From the NCBI GenBank assembly GCA_964531785.1, contig CAZHFF010000002.1:157851-221850 (forward strand): DNA of 64,000 bases, given 5' to 3'. The notes beneath the pieces were generated by a model that was not told the origin of the DNA, searched no databases, and saw only the letters and a list, made by a program, of their open reading frames with translations. Position 1 is the first letter of the stretch. The number at the start of each line of letters is the position of its first letter. The translations under genes were made by a program, and so were the position numbers. The DNA is from an uncultured Candidatus Saccharibacteria bacterium. GTDB lineage: Bacteria; Patescibacteriota; Minisyncoccia; Phycocordibacterales; UBA12088. Of this stretch, positions 55,311 through 64,000 are shown in pieces.

Positions 55311-56551
55311 GGTACAGCAGTGCTATCGATCTTGCGGTTCGGGGTGTGCGAGCAAAACCGTCCCGCACCTTCCTGACGCTCCTCGGGGTGGCGATCGGTG
55401 TGTCTGCGGTCATCATGATTAGTTCGCTCGGCGAGGGAGCTCGGCGTCTCATCACCGATGAGATAAGCGGACTCGGTGCTGATGTGATCGCGGTACAGCC
55501 TGGCCGTGAGCCGACCGGTTTTGCCGACATCGCGAGCGTGTTCTTTGCGAAAACGCTTGACCAGAAGGATATCGATGCGGTCTTGCGGAAAGAGAACGTG
55601 CCGCATGCGCTCGACGCGCAACCTGTGGTGATGGTTCCGGGTGGTGTGAGCTATGGGAACAAAACGTACTATCCCCAGATCGTTGGCGGAAGTGCTGAGT
55701 TCTACCAGGACCTGTTCTCGATCCATCCTCGGGAGGGCGAGATGTTCGGTCAGACGGCCATTCGTGAAAAGGCGGCGATCGCTGTGATCGGGCACAAGGT
55801 CGAGCAGGAGCTCTTTGGTCAGGGCAGTGCCTATGGACAAAAGATCACCATCGGCGGTAAGAAGTTTCGTGTGACCGGCGTCCTGCCGAAGCTCGGTCAG
55901 GTCGCGTTCGCCCAGATCGATGAGATGGTGCTCATACCGTACTCGACCGCGATGGCCTACCTCTTGGGCCAGACCCATTTCAATGAGTTCATCGTGCGTG
56001 TTGATGACCCGAAGAACGTACCGAGGACCGAGCGCGATATCGAGGCGACGCTACGTGAAACGCACGGGCTTGAGGACGGTGAGGATAACGATTTCGTCAT
56101 ACGTACTCCGGCCGCGCTCATGGAGCAGGTCGGCGTGATACTCGGTGCGCTCACCATATTCCTTGTGTCCGTGGTCGCGATCGCGCTCGTGGTCGGTGGC
56201 ATTGGGATCATGAACATCATGCTCGTGTCGGTCGCTGAGCGGACACGTGAGATCGGCCTCAGAAAAGCGGTCGGCGCGACCGACGGCGATATTCTGCTCC
56301 AGTTCCTGCTTGAGGCGACATTGCTCACGCTCCTCGGCGGCGTGGTGGGCATACTCTTCGGCGCGTTCATGTCGTACGTCGCGAGCCTTGCCATCCTCCG
56401 TTTCTCGGAGCTCGAATGGACGTTCGTGCTTCCGCTCGGCGCCACGCTTGGTGCGCTCGTGTTCTCGGTCGTGATCGGCCTCGTGTTCGGGCTCTACCCG
56501 GCGCATAAGGCGTCAAAGAAGAGTCCGATGGAAGCACTTCGTTACGAGTAG
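55307..56551 (+). CDS. ABC transporter permease (MacB/FtsX family)
   Basis: MacB periplasmic domain plus FtsX C-terminal 3 TM (ERTREIGLRKAVGA). 4-nt overlap with the ATPase gene. Confidence 0.85.
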   Translation: MRYSSAIDLAVRGVRAKPSRTFLTLLGVAIGVSAVIMISSLGEGARRLITDEISGLGADVIAVQPGREPTGFADIASVFFAKTLDQKDIDAVLRKENVPHALDAQPVVMVPGGVSYGNKTYYPQIVGGSAEFYQDLFSIHPREGEMFGQTAIREKAAIAVIGHKVEQELFGQGSAYGQKITIGGKKFRVTGVLPKLGQVAFAQIDEMVLIPYSTAMAYLLGQTHFNEFIVRVDDPKNVPRTERDIEATLRETHGLEDGEDNDFVIRTPAALMEQVGVILGALTIFLVSVVAIALVVGGIGIMNIMLVSVAERTREIGLRKAVGATDGDILLQFLLEATLLTLLGGVVGILFGAFMSYVASLAILRFSELEWTFVLPLGATLGALVFSVVIGLVFGLYPAHKASKKSPMEALRYE

Positions 56552-56577
56552 TCGCGAATGCGGGGGATAACGACGGC

Positions 56578-56606
56578 TTGACAGTCCTCGGCCACGAGCG
56601 TATACA
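56578..56606 (+). promoter_or_regulatory. sigma-70-like promoter (TTGACA-17 nt-TATACA)
   Basis: ttgaca 56578-56583, 17-nt spacer, tataca 56601-56606. Confidence 0.6.
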
Positions 56607-56698
56607 GAAGGTATGTTCACCGTAGTATCGGTCAACAAGGTCTCAGTCGTCGCGAAAGCGGCGTGAGCCTTGTGCCCGGGAACCAGTGAGCCACCACA

Positions 56699-56733
56699 CC
56701 CCGAGCCGCAAGGCAGGGGATTTTCAGTTCTTT
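56699..56733 (+). terminator. leader hairpin with GCAA tetraloop followed by a U-rich tract (attenuator-like), just upstream of the SD of the small ORF
   Basis: CCCC-GAGCC-GCAA-GGC-A-GGGG, then ATTTTCAGTTCTTT, then GGAGGG, then ATG 56742. Confidence 0.4.
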
Positions 56734-56741
56734 GGAGGGTT

Positions 56742-56906
56742 ATGATGGAAGATCAAGAGCGCCAAATACGGGAAGAACGGGTCGATGGCCGACAGATCTG
56801 CGCGCGCGTCGTGTTCAGAGAGAACGCAGCGGCTGAACGCGAACGTGCAGCTGGCTGGATGGCGCAGTTGATCGCGCCGGAACAGCAGGTCACCTGCGCT
56901 GAATAG
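56742..56906 (+). CDS. small (54 aa) charged protein, hypothetical
   Basis: GGAGGG SD lies 4 nt upstream. MMEDQERQIREERVDGRQICARVVFRENAAAERERAAGWMAQLIAPEQQVTCAE. Has its own promoter and terminator. Confidence 0.5.
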   Translation: MMEDQERQIREERVDGRQICARVVFRENAAAERERAAGWMAQLIAPEQQVTCAE

Positions 56907-56913
56907 GACCTAT

Positions 56914-56939
56914 GCCGGACCTTCGGGTCCGGCGCTTTC
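56914..56939 (+). terminator. terminator hairpin with TTCG loop
   Basis: gccggacc-ttcg-ggtccggc followed by gctttc. Confidence 0.6.
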
Positions 56940-56979
56940 ATGTGGTACACTCGCATACATCCGAGAACGGTAGAAGACC

Positions 56980-57717
56980 ATGAGCACAAAACCATTTCTC
57001 ATCCTTCAACTGCGTCCCGAGGACGAGGCCGCAGATAATGAGTTCGATGCATTCCTGCACTTCGGTCGGCTCGAAGAGCGTGAGGTCCGCCGGGTGCGCA
57101 TGGAACGCGACGGCATACCGGAGGTGCGTCTCGATCAGTGCGCGGGCGTCATCGTCGGCGGCGGGCCGTACAACGTGAGCGACCGACCGGAGAAGAAGGG
57201 CGCCACCCAAAAGGACGTCGAGTCGAAGCTCCAAGCGCTTCTCAAGCGCATCATTGCTACGGACACGCCGTACCTTGGCGCGTGCTATGGGCTCGGTGCG
57301 CTCACAGCGTCCCTTGGTGGTACGGTCTCCAAAGAACGGTATGGCGAGGAGGTGGGTGCCGTCACGGTCACGCAGACCAAGGAAGGTGAGCGTGACCCGC
57401 TCCTTTCAGGATTGCCGAAGAGTTTTCGTGCGTTCGTCGGGCATAAAGAAGCCTGCCAGAGCGTTCCTCCCGGTGCGGTGCTCCTCGCGTCGTCCCTGAC
57501 GTGCCCCGTACAGATGATCCGCGTGGGCGCGAACGTCTATGCGACGCAGTTCCACCCGGAGCTCGACAGCGAGGGCCTTGCGCTCCGGATCAAGGTGTAC
57601 AAGCATGCCGGCTACTTCAAACCCGAGGACGCGGACACGCTCATAGCGAAGGCGAACAGGGAACAGGTCGAGGTGCCGATGCGCATACTCGAGCGGTTCG
57701 TCGAGCGTTACCGCTAG
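56980..57717 (+). CDS. class I glutamine amidotransferase-like protein
   Basis: PYLGACYGLGAL (nucleophile elbow Cys), ATQFHPELD (His/Glu). Confidence 0.8.
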   Translation: MSTKPFLILQLRPEDEAADNEFDAFLHFGRLEEREVRRVRMERDGIPEVRLDQCAGVIVGGGPYNVSDRPEKKGATQKDVESKLQALLKRIIATDTPYLGACYGLGALTASLGGTVSKERYGEEVGAVTVTQTKEGERDPLLSGLPKSFRAFVGHKEACQSVPPGAVLLASSLTCPVQMIRVGANVYATQFHPELDSEGLALRIKVYKHAGYFKPEDADTLIAKANREQVEVPMRILERFVERYR

Positions 57718-58634
57718 AGCCAATCCCGTTTTCTGAAGTAGTACACGGTACCGAGCATGGCGACTAGAGTCGCAACGAGTATCTCGGCGAAGGCATAGGG
57801 GCTGTGGTCGAACGGCAGGTCGACGTTCATGCCGTAGAACGAGGCGACGATCATCGGAACGGTGAGGATTATCGTGAGGGCTGCCAGGAACTTGATCACT
57901 TGGTTCAGGTTGTTCGTGACGATCGCGGTATACGCGCTGCGCACGTTCTGGATGCTCTTGAGCGTCGTCTTGGTGCTCTCCAAGAGCTGCTGGTTCTCGA
58001 GCTGTGTGTCCTCGATCATGTCGCGGTCATCCTCAAAGAGCTGGAGATAGTTGCCCGAAAGTATGGTCTTCAGTGCTGTGCCCATCGGCGTGAGCGCGTT
58101 CACGAAATCGTTGAGCGCACTTTCGAACATGACGAGTTCCACGATGTCACGGTTACGTATGGTACGTAGGTTCACACGGTTCCTCTGTACATCGCGGCGT
58201 ATGCCGATCAGGTGGTGTCGGTAGTGCAGGTTGATCGCATTGATGAGCTGCAGGAAGAGCTTGGTGCGCTGTGTGGTGACGAGCGGCACCTTGCCATCGA
58301 GATAGCTGTTCAGGAAATCCGGGTGGCGCCGCGATATGCTGATCACAGCGGTCGGCGTGACGACGAGGAGCATCGACGCAGTACTGAGGTCGCTCGTGAT
58401 GTCATCAGGAAAGCGCACGTAGAAGTACGCATTACCTTCCTCGTACTCGAAGCGCGGGACCTCGTACGGGTCGACCGCGTCCTTGAGGAGGTCGAGGTCA
58501 AGTGCGAACGCTGTAGCGACCGTTTCAAGCTCGGTTGGGCTCGGGTCTTCGACATAGACCCACGTGCCGGGGCGCGGCTCTTCGATGCGAGCGAGCGCCT
58601 CCTCTTTGACCGAACGGAAGTAGTAGCGGATCAT
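57714..58634 (-). CDS. corA: magnesium/cobalt transporter CorA
   Basis: C-terminal FYGMNV motif and two TM. Start set to ATG 58634 (MIRYYFRS). Its stop shares the CTAG with the convergent amidotransferase stop. Confidence 0.85.
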   Translation of the reverse strand: MIRYYFRSVKEEALARIEEPRPGTWVYVEDPSPTELETVATAFALDLDLLKDAVDPYEVPRFEYEEGNAYFYVRFPDDITSDLSTASMLLVVTPTAVISISRRHPDFLNSYLDGKVPLVTTQRTKLFLQLINAINLHYRHHLIGIRRDVQRNRVNLRTIRNRDIVELVMFESALNDFVNALTPMGTALKTILSGNYLQLFEDDRDMIEDTQLENQQLLESTKTTLKSIQNVRSAYTAIVTNNLNQVIKFLAALTIILTVPMIVASFYGMNVDLPFDHSPYAFAEILVATLVAMLGTVYYFRKRDWL

Positions 58635-58702
58635 GCCCCCTTTGTACCATACTCCCGAGCGCTGCGGTACCCACGACACGTCGTGCGTGGTACTATCTCC
58701 AC

Positions 58703-59122
58703 ATGAAAGAGATCGTCGCATGCGGTTGCATTCCGTTCCGCAGGTCGCGGACGCGCGAGATAGAAGCGCTCATGATCTTGCGGACCACAGGCTTCTGGGA
58801 GTTCCCGAAGGGCAAGAAGGACCCGGGCGAGACCGATGAGGAAACGGCCCTCCGTGAGCTGAGAGAAGAGACGGGGCTCTCGGGCGAGCTCCTGCCTGAG
58901 GATCCGCTCACTATGACGTACATGTTCGAGCACCATGGGGTCCTGTACCAGAAACGCGTCATCTTGTTCTTCTGCCGGGTGAGCGATGGCTCGGAACCAA
59001 CGTGCGACCGGCGCGAGGTTTCGGATGCCGCATGGCTCTCGCTCGAGTCGCTCGTTGACCGGGCGACCTATCCGGAGATGAAAGCGCTTGCCCGACAGGT
59101 GCACCTCACGCTCGGCGATTGA
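58703..59122 (+). CDS. NUDIX hydrolase
   Basis: Nudix box GKKDPGETDEETALRELREETGL. TACTAT lies 6 nt upstream of the ATG. Confidence 0.85.
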   Translation: MKEIVACGCIPFRRSRTREIEALMILRTTGFWEFPKGKKDPGETDEETALRELREETGLSGELLPEDPLTMTYMFEHHGVLYQKRVILFFCRVSDGSEPTCDRREVSDAAWLSLESLVDRATYPEMKALARQVHLTLGD

Positions 59123-59173
59123 GCGTCACACGATAGTATAGTAGTATGCACATGTTCGGCACAGGCCGAGCAT

Positions 59174-59246
59174 GCCGAGGTAGCTCAGTCGGTAGAGCAC
59201 CCCCATGGTAAGGGGGAGGTCCCGGGTTCGATCCCCGGCCTCGGCT
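59174..59246 (+). tRNA. tRNA-Thr, anticodon GGU
   Basis: GCCGAGG-TA-GCTC-AGTCGGTA-GAGC-A-CCCCC-ATGGTAA-GGGGG-AGGTC-CCGGG-TTCGATC-CCCGG-CCTCGGC-T. Confidence 0.88.
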
Positions 59247-59425
59247 CAGAGAAACGTTGCTCCGGACGTAGCGTACCGCGTGTATAGATCGCCGACGAGC
59301 AGAGAGGCATGCGCTGCGTACGACCCGGGCTACTCCTTCAAATGAACGGGCGTTCATGGTATCCTCCGGACCAGAGGCACCGTTCGGTGCCTAGTTGTTT
59401 GACATGAACAGGGAGCTACGTTCTG

Positions 59426-62400
59426 ATGCTGATACGACTCTATCGTTGTCGCCAAGGCAACGCTGCCGTTGAGGAATGCTTCTACAGCGACCTTGCTTCG
59501 AGCCTTACTCCCGAGCAGATCGAGCTCTTGGAGTGGCTCCTCACCGAGCCGCAAACAACGGTGAGCCACAGGTCCGCTTTCAAAGACGGTGAGGTGATCG
59601 AGATCGGTCCACGACTTTCGGTCGAAACACCGTTTTCATCGAATGCGGTCGCGATCTGCGCCTCGATCGGGCTTCCCGTACGGCGGATCGAACGGTCCGT
59701 TCGCTACAGGCGGGGCCAGGGCCTCGGCGTTTCGGAAGAGCTGTGCGAGGATGAGATCGTTCAGCAGTTCCTCGACCGTATGACCCAGGAGGTCTATCGA
59801 TCCACGCTTACGACGTTCGATACCGGCATACTGCCTGAAGAGGTCACGTTCGTGCCTATCATTGAAGCGGGCGAGCGTGCTCTGCGCGAAGCGAACAAAG
59901 TGCTGGGCCTCGGCATGGATGCGTGGGACATCGCGTACTACACCGCGATGTTCCAGAGACTCGGCCGCAATCCGACCAACGTCGAGCTCTTCCAGATCGG
60001 CAATGCGAATTCCGAGCATAGCCGCCATTGGTTCTTCCGTGGCGAGCAGGTGATCGACGGCGAGGTCATGCCGGAGAGTCTCATGGACCTCGTCCGGGAG
60101 CCGTGGAAGCGGCATCCCGGGAATAGTATCACCGCATTCCGTGACAATTCTGGGGTGATCAGGGGTGCTCACGTGCTCGGGTTTGTCCCACGCACACCGG
60201 GCAAACCCTCCGCATTCGTTCTCTTCCAACTGTTGCAACATCTCACGGCAACTGCCGAGACGCACAACCACCCGACCCTGATCGCTCCATTTTCCGGAGC
60301 GGAGACCGGAGCCGGTGGTCGGATCCGCGACAGCCGGGCGGTAGGCCGTGGTGCTTACGGGCATGCCGGGCTTGCGGGCTACTGCGTTGATAACCTGCAC
60401 ATTCCGGGGTTCCCGATCCCGGGGGAGGATATCGGAGCTGAGTTCAGCTATCGTACTGCGTCTCCGCTCGAAATACTCATCGAGGGGAGCAATGGCATCT
60501 CCGACTACGGGAACAAACTAGGCGAACCGCTCATCGGCGGATTCACCCGTACGTTCGGACAAATGGTGGATGGTGAGCGTCGCGAGTTCCGAAAGCCGGT
60601 CCTCTACAGCGCCGGGTTCGGTCGCATCAACGATATCCATGTCGAGAAACATGCGCCGGAAACGGGTATGGTCCTCGTGCGTATCGGCGGTCCGGCATAC
60701 CGGATCGGGGTCGGAGGCGGTAGCGCATCGAGCATGCTGCACGGGGCACAAGACACCGAACTCGATTTCAAATCAGTGCAGCGCGGTGATGCGGAAATGG
60801 AGAATCGCGTCAACCGGGTTATCCAAGCGTGCGCTGAACTGGGCACGCTAAATCCGATCGAGAGCATCCACGACCAGGGTGCCGGCGGTCCGAGCAACGC
60901 CATCACAGAGCTCATGGAACCTGTGGGGGGCAGGATCGACATCCGTAAGATCAACGTAGGCGATGCCACCATGTCCGTCCTCGAGATCTGGGTCGCCGAG
61001 TACCAAGAGGGGTACGGCTTGCTCGTTCGGCGCGAGCATATCGAGGTGTTCAGATCGATCTGCACACGTGAACGGGTGAACTGCGAAGTGCTCGGGGTCA
61101 TCACCGGCGACGGCAAGGTTGTTGTTGAAGACTCACGTGACGGCACAACACCGGTCGATCTCCCGCTCAGGGAGATCTTGGGGGAGCTGCCACAAAAGCG
61201 ATTCGTATCGGATCGGCCACAGGTCAAGCTTCGACCGCTTGTGATCCCTTTCGGGCTTACGGTCGAAGAGGCGCTTCGGCAGGTGTTCCTTCTTCCTCAG
61301 GTCGGCTCCAAGGGTTTCTTGGTGCGGAAAGTCGACCGCTCCGTCACGGGTTTGGTAGCCAGGCAGCAATGCTGCGGCCCGAACCAGGTTCCGGTCGCGG
61401 ATGCGGCGGTCACTGCGGACAGCTACTTCGCGCTGGGCGGCGTGTTCTCCGGAGCGGCGTCCGCTCTCGGGGAACAGCCGATCAAGATGCTCATCAACCC
61501 GAAGTCCGGAGCACGCATGGCGGTCGCGGAAATGCTCACCAATCTTGCGTGCGTGCGCGTGAGTAAGCTCACGGACGTCAAGTGCCGCGCAAACTGGATG
61601 TGGGCAGCGAAGCTGCAGAACCAGGGAGCGCTCCTCTATGACGCGGCGGTCGCCGTGCGGGACATCATGTGCCAGCTCGGGATCGCGATCGACGGAGGGA
61701 AGGACAGCCTTTCGATGGCGACCGAGCTTGCGGGTGTGCCCGTCGTTGCGCCGGGTGAACTCGTCATCATGGGCTATGCGCCGGTTCCCGATATCACGAA
61801 GGTGGTGACACCGGACCTCAAAGGCAGCGGCTCGCTCGGCGTCATACGCCTGGGGGGTCCGCACGCCAGGCTTGGAGGATCAGCGCTTGCTCAGGCGCTC
61901 GGGCAGCTCGGGGACGAGACACCGGATGTCGATACTGCAGGCGTCGACCTGCTCGGGCGTGCGTGGAGAGGGGTGCAGGAGCTCGTCGAGCAAAAGCTTA
62001 TCTCCGCATACCACGATGTGAGCGATGGGGGGCTTATCACCGCCATTGCCGAAATGTGCATCGCTGGAAACCGGGGGGCGGTGTTGCGCCTGTCGGGCAC
62101 ACTCGACATCTTCCCCGTGCTCTTTGCGGAGGAGGCCGGTATGGTGTTCCAGTATGTTCCTGAGTCACGAGCGCAGATCGAGCTTGTGCTGGAAAAGCAC
62201 GGTGTTCTGTGGGGCAGGCATGTGCACGAGCTTGGCGATGTGGATACCCACCTAGGTGGCAGGCTCCGCATCGAGCATAACGACGAGCAGCTGCTTGACC
62301 TTCCACTCACCGAGCTTCGCCGGTGGTGGGAGGCAACGAGCACAGCACTCGAAAAGCTCCAAGCAAATCGGGAAACCGTTGAGGCTGAAGCGAGGACGTA

Positions 62401-63265
62401 TGGCGAGGTTCGTACGATACCGTATCGAATCTCGTTCACGCCCCAAGCGCCGCGGTTGCGGAAAGGGCGGCGACCTGCGGTGGCGATCATCCGTGAGGAG
62501 GGGACCAATGGCGACCGCGAAATGGCCGCAGCGTGCTATACCGCAGGGCTCGATCCTTGGGACATTACCATGGGTGATCTCCTTGACGGCAGGGTGACCT
62601 CGCTCGAACAGTATCGTGGCGTGATCTTTCCCGGCGGTTTCTCGTTCGCTGACGTGTTCGGCAGTGCGCGGGGCTGGGCGGCGAAGCTGCTGTGGAACCC
62701 CAGTGTGCGGGATCTGTTCGACCGGTTCTATGCACGGCCGGACACCTTTTCGCTGGGGGTCTGCAATGGCTGCCAGCTCATGGCGAACATCGGCTGGGTG
62801 CCCTGGCGTGGTCTTGCTGATGACGTACAGCCTCGGTTCGTCCACAACACCTCGGGGCGGTTCGAGTCACGGTGGGCTGCGGTGAAAGTGTTGCCGACCC
62901 CGTCGATCCTCATGCGAGGCATGGAAGGTTCGATCCTGGGTATCCAGGTCGCGCATGGTGAGGGGCGGTTACTCTTCCCGGACGCAAAGGTCGCGGCAGA
63001 AATCCGGGAACGGCAGCTCGTGCCGCTCGCCTATGTCGACGTGGAGGGGAACGCGACCGAAGCGTATCCGTACAACCCGAACGGTTCGCCCGAGGGATGG
63101 ACGGCGCTCACCTCCCCCTGCGGCAGGCATCTTGCGATGATGCCGCACCCGGAGCGGTGCTACCTCACCTGGCAGTGGCCCTGGATGCCGGAGCAGTTCC
63201 GGAGTCTCAAGGCTTCATCGTGGCTCCAGCTGTTCCAAAATGCGCACGACTGGTGCAACGAGTAG
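59426..63265 (+). CDS. purL: phosphoribosylformylglycinamidine synthase, single-chain large form
   Basis: 1279 aa. N-domain, two AIR-synthase-like repeats (TAETHNHPT, DxG motifs), C-terminal triad GATase (GVCNGCQ, HGEG). Confidence 0.9.
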   Translation: MLIRLYRCRQGNAAVEECFYSDLASSLTPEQIELLEWLLTEPQTTVSHRSAFKDGEVIEIGPRLSVETPFSSNAVAICASIGLPVRRIERSVRYRRGQGLGVSEELCEDEIVQQFLDRMTQEVYRSTLTTFDTGILPEEVTFVPIIEAGERALREANKVLGLGMDAWDIAYYTAMFQRLGRNPTNVELFQIGNANSEHSRHWFFRGEQVIDGEVMPESLMDLVREPWKRHPGNSITAFRDNSGVIRGAHVLGFVPRTPGKPSAFVLFQLLQHLTATAETHNHPTLIAPFSGAETGAGGRIRDSRAVGRGAYGHAGLAGYCVDNLHIPGFPIPGEDIGAEFSYRTASPLEILIEGSNGISDYGNKLGEPLIGGFTRTFGQMVDGERREFRKPVLYSAGFGRINDIHVEKHAPETGMVLVRIGGPAYRIGVGGGSASSMLHGAQDTELDFKSVQRGDAEMENRVNRVIQACAELGTLNPIESIHDQGAGGPSNAITELMEPVGGRIDIRKINVGDATMSVLEIWVAEYQEGYGLLVRREHIEVFRSICTRERVNCEVLGVITGDGKVVVEDSRDGTTPVDLPLREILGELPQKRFVSDRPQVKLRPLVIPFGLTVEEALRQVFLLPQVGSKGFLVRKVDRSVTGLVARQQCCGPNQVPVADAAVTADSYFALGGVFSGAASALGEQPIKMLINPKSGARMAVAEMLTNLACVRVSKLTDVKCRANWMWAAKLQNQGALLYDAAVAVRDIMCQLGIAIDGGKDSLSMATELAGVPVVAPGELVIMGYAPVPDITKVVTPDLKGSGSLGVIRLGGPHARLGGSALAQALGQLGDETPDVDTAGVDLLGRAWRGVQELVEQKLISAYHDVSDGGLITAIAEMCIAGNRGAVLRLSGTLDIFPVLFAEEAGMVFQYVPESRAQIELVLEKHGVLWGRHVHELGDVDTHLGGRLRIEHNDEQLLDLPLTELRRWWEATSTALEKLQANRETVEAEARTYGEVRTIPYRISFTPQAPRLRKGRRPAVAIIREEGTNGDREMAAACYTAGLDPWDITMGDLLDGRVTSLEQYRGVIFPGGFSFADVFGSARGWAAKLLWNPSVRDLFDRFYARPDTFSLGVCNGCQLMANIGWVPWRGLADDVQPRFVHNTSGRFESRWAAVKVLPTPSILMRGMEGSILGIQVAHGEGRLLFPDAKVAAEIRERQLVPLAYVDVEGNATEAYPYNPNGSPEGWTALTSPCGRHLAMMPHPERCYLTWQWPWMPEQFRSLKASSWLQLFQNAHDWCNE

Positions 63266-63283
63266 TCGTACGTAGTTGCTGAC

Positions 63284-63313
63284 CCCCGGCTGTCTTCAGC
63301 CGGGGCCTTTTTT
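63284..63313 (+). terminator. Rho-independent terminator after purL
   Basis: ccccggct-gtcttc-agccgggg followed by ccTTTTTT. Confidence 0.8.
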
Positions 63314-63456
63314 ATGCGTGCTCGCCCATAAGGTGGGGCGGGAGGGAGCGACGTAGGGTGAACAAGCTGGCGTCTATTGGGCGTCGTATTTTGGCGGTGG
63401 TCCCGCACTCGCTTGAGCATACAAGGTTTTTCTGAGATTATGGTCACTATCACGCT

Positions 63457-64000
63457 ATGCAGTACACGCACAGACTCGACCTTGCGGAATTAAAGAGTGG
63501 CACGCCCTGGGCGGAGAGCGCGGCGTTAGCAATCATGGCCGCCTATCCCACGGCGCCTCGGTACACGACGGCCGCGGGCATCAGTCCCTCGGGCGTAGTC
63601 CACTTCGGCAACTTTCGAGATGTCGTGACGGCGCACCTCGTCCGCGAGGCGCTGCGTGCCAAGGGGCAAGATGCACGGCTCATCTTCTCGTGGGACAACT
63701 TCGATCGTTTTCGCAAAGTACCTGCCGGCGTGCCGGAAGCGTTCGCGGAACATATCGGTAAACCGCTCACCAAGGTGCCCGATCCGGTCGGCGGGTGCCA
63801 TGCGTCCTATGCGGAGCATTTCCAAGAACCATTCGTACGCGCCATGCAACTCCTTGGTATCGAGATCGAGTTTCGTGATCAGACGGCGCTCCACGCAAGC
63901 GGTGTGTACGACGATGCGATCCTCCACGCGCTCTCACGGCGAGAGCAGCTCGCGGACATCCTCCTCTCGTTCATGACCGAGAAGGCCAAGGGCGAAAAGG
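63457..64000 (+). CDS. lysS: class I lysyl-tRNA synthetase, N-terminal part (3' end outside window; not in ORF track because no stop is reached)
   Basis: My translation from ATG 63457: MQYTHRLDLAELKSGTPW...TAAGISPSGVVHFGNFRDVVTAHLV...LIFSWDNFDRFRKVP, the class-I LysRS HIGH-region pattern. CACTAT lies 6 nt upstream. The antisense ORF 63526..63927 was rejected. Confidence 0.8.
   Translation, partial: MQYTHRLDLAELKSGTPWAESAALAIMAAYPTAPRYTTAAGISPSGVVHFGNFRDVVTAHLVREALRAKGQDARLIFSWDNFDRFRKVPAGVPEAFAEHIGKPLTKVPDPVGGCHASYAEHFQEPFVRAMQLLGIEIEFRDQTALHASGVYDDAILHALSRREQLADILLSFMTEKAKGEK

Noticed and set aside
59247-59425. Purine or ZTP riboswitch upstream of purL
   Set aside because: Conserved purine-riboswitch junction sequences and the ZTP CCGCCTGGGC-type motif are absent. 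Only a simple hairpin is present.
63526-63927. 133-aa minus-strand ORF near the window end
   Set aside because: The + strand frame from ATG 63457 encodes an unmistakable class-I LysRS N-terminus. It is missing from the ORF track only because it runs off the window.

Overview
GC-rich bacterial chromosomal window, densely coded, mostly on the + strand: about 60 CDS and 6 tRNA genes. I saw no rRNA, CRISPR array, transposase or integrase. Gene content suggests a small-genome Patescibacteria/CPR-like (Parcubacteria-type) organism; this is inference only. The supporting genes are a type IV pilus (T4P) plus comFC locus, a lamin-tail-domain surface protein, a four-helix-bundle gene remnant, a class-I LysRS, and many small membrane proteins. 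Housekeeping genes: ftsH (partial), pyrD, recG, ligA, gatC, gatA, guaA, typA, corA, single-chain purL, class-I lysS (partial). The largest functional block is a T4P/competence locus (14564-29053): comFC, pilM, N-like, O-like, pilB, a CheY-like receiver, pilT, pilC, two major-pilin-like genes, pilD and four minor-pilin-like genes, including a 620-aa cysteine-rich one and one with TSP3-like repeats. There are also two signalling blocks: an OmpR-type RR/HK pair convergent with a MASE1-like hybrid kinase, and two receivers plus a degenerate kinase upstream of a MacAB-like exporter. Main hunt results: (1) three tRNA genes (Ser-GCU, a CAU tRNA, Asp-GUC) are each followed by a structured 'echo' module. 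These modules repeat the tRNA's own 3' end and/or carry an inverted copy of its T-arm, and they share conserved hairpins between loci. (2) Tandem CTTCATG boxes with 11-bp period sit 9-10 nt upstream of a -10 element at three promoters, defining a putative regulon of the OmpR-type regulator that includes a candidate sRNA. (3) About 20 genes have a TAnnnT -10-like hexamer 5-9 nt (mostly exactly 6 nt) before the ATG, implying pervasive leaderless mRNAs. (4) A tRNA-Ile with anticodon UAU. (5) A perfect 199-bp intragenic repeat in a surface protein. All calls come from reading the sequence and ORF translations; no database search was run.
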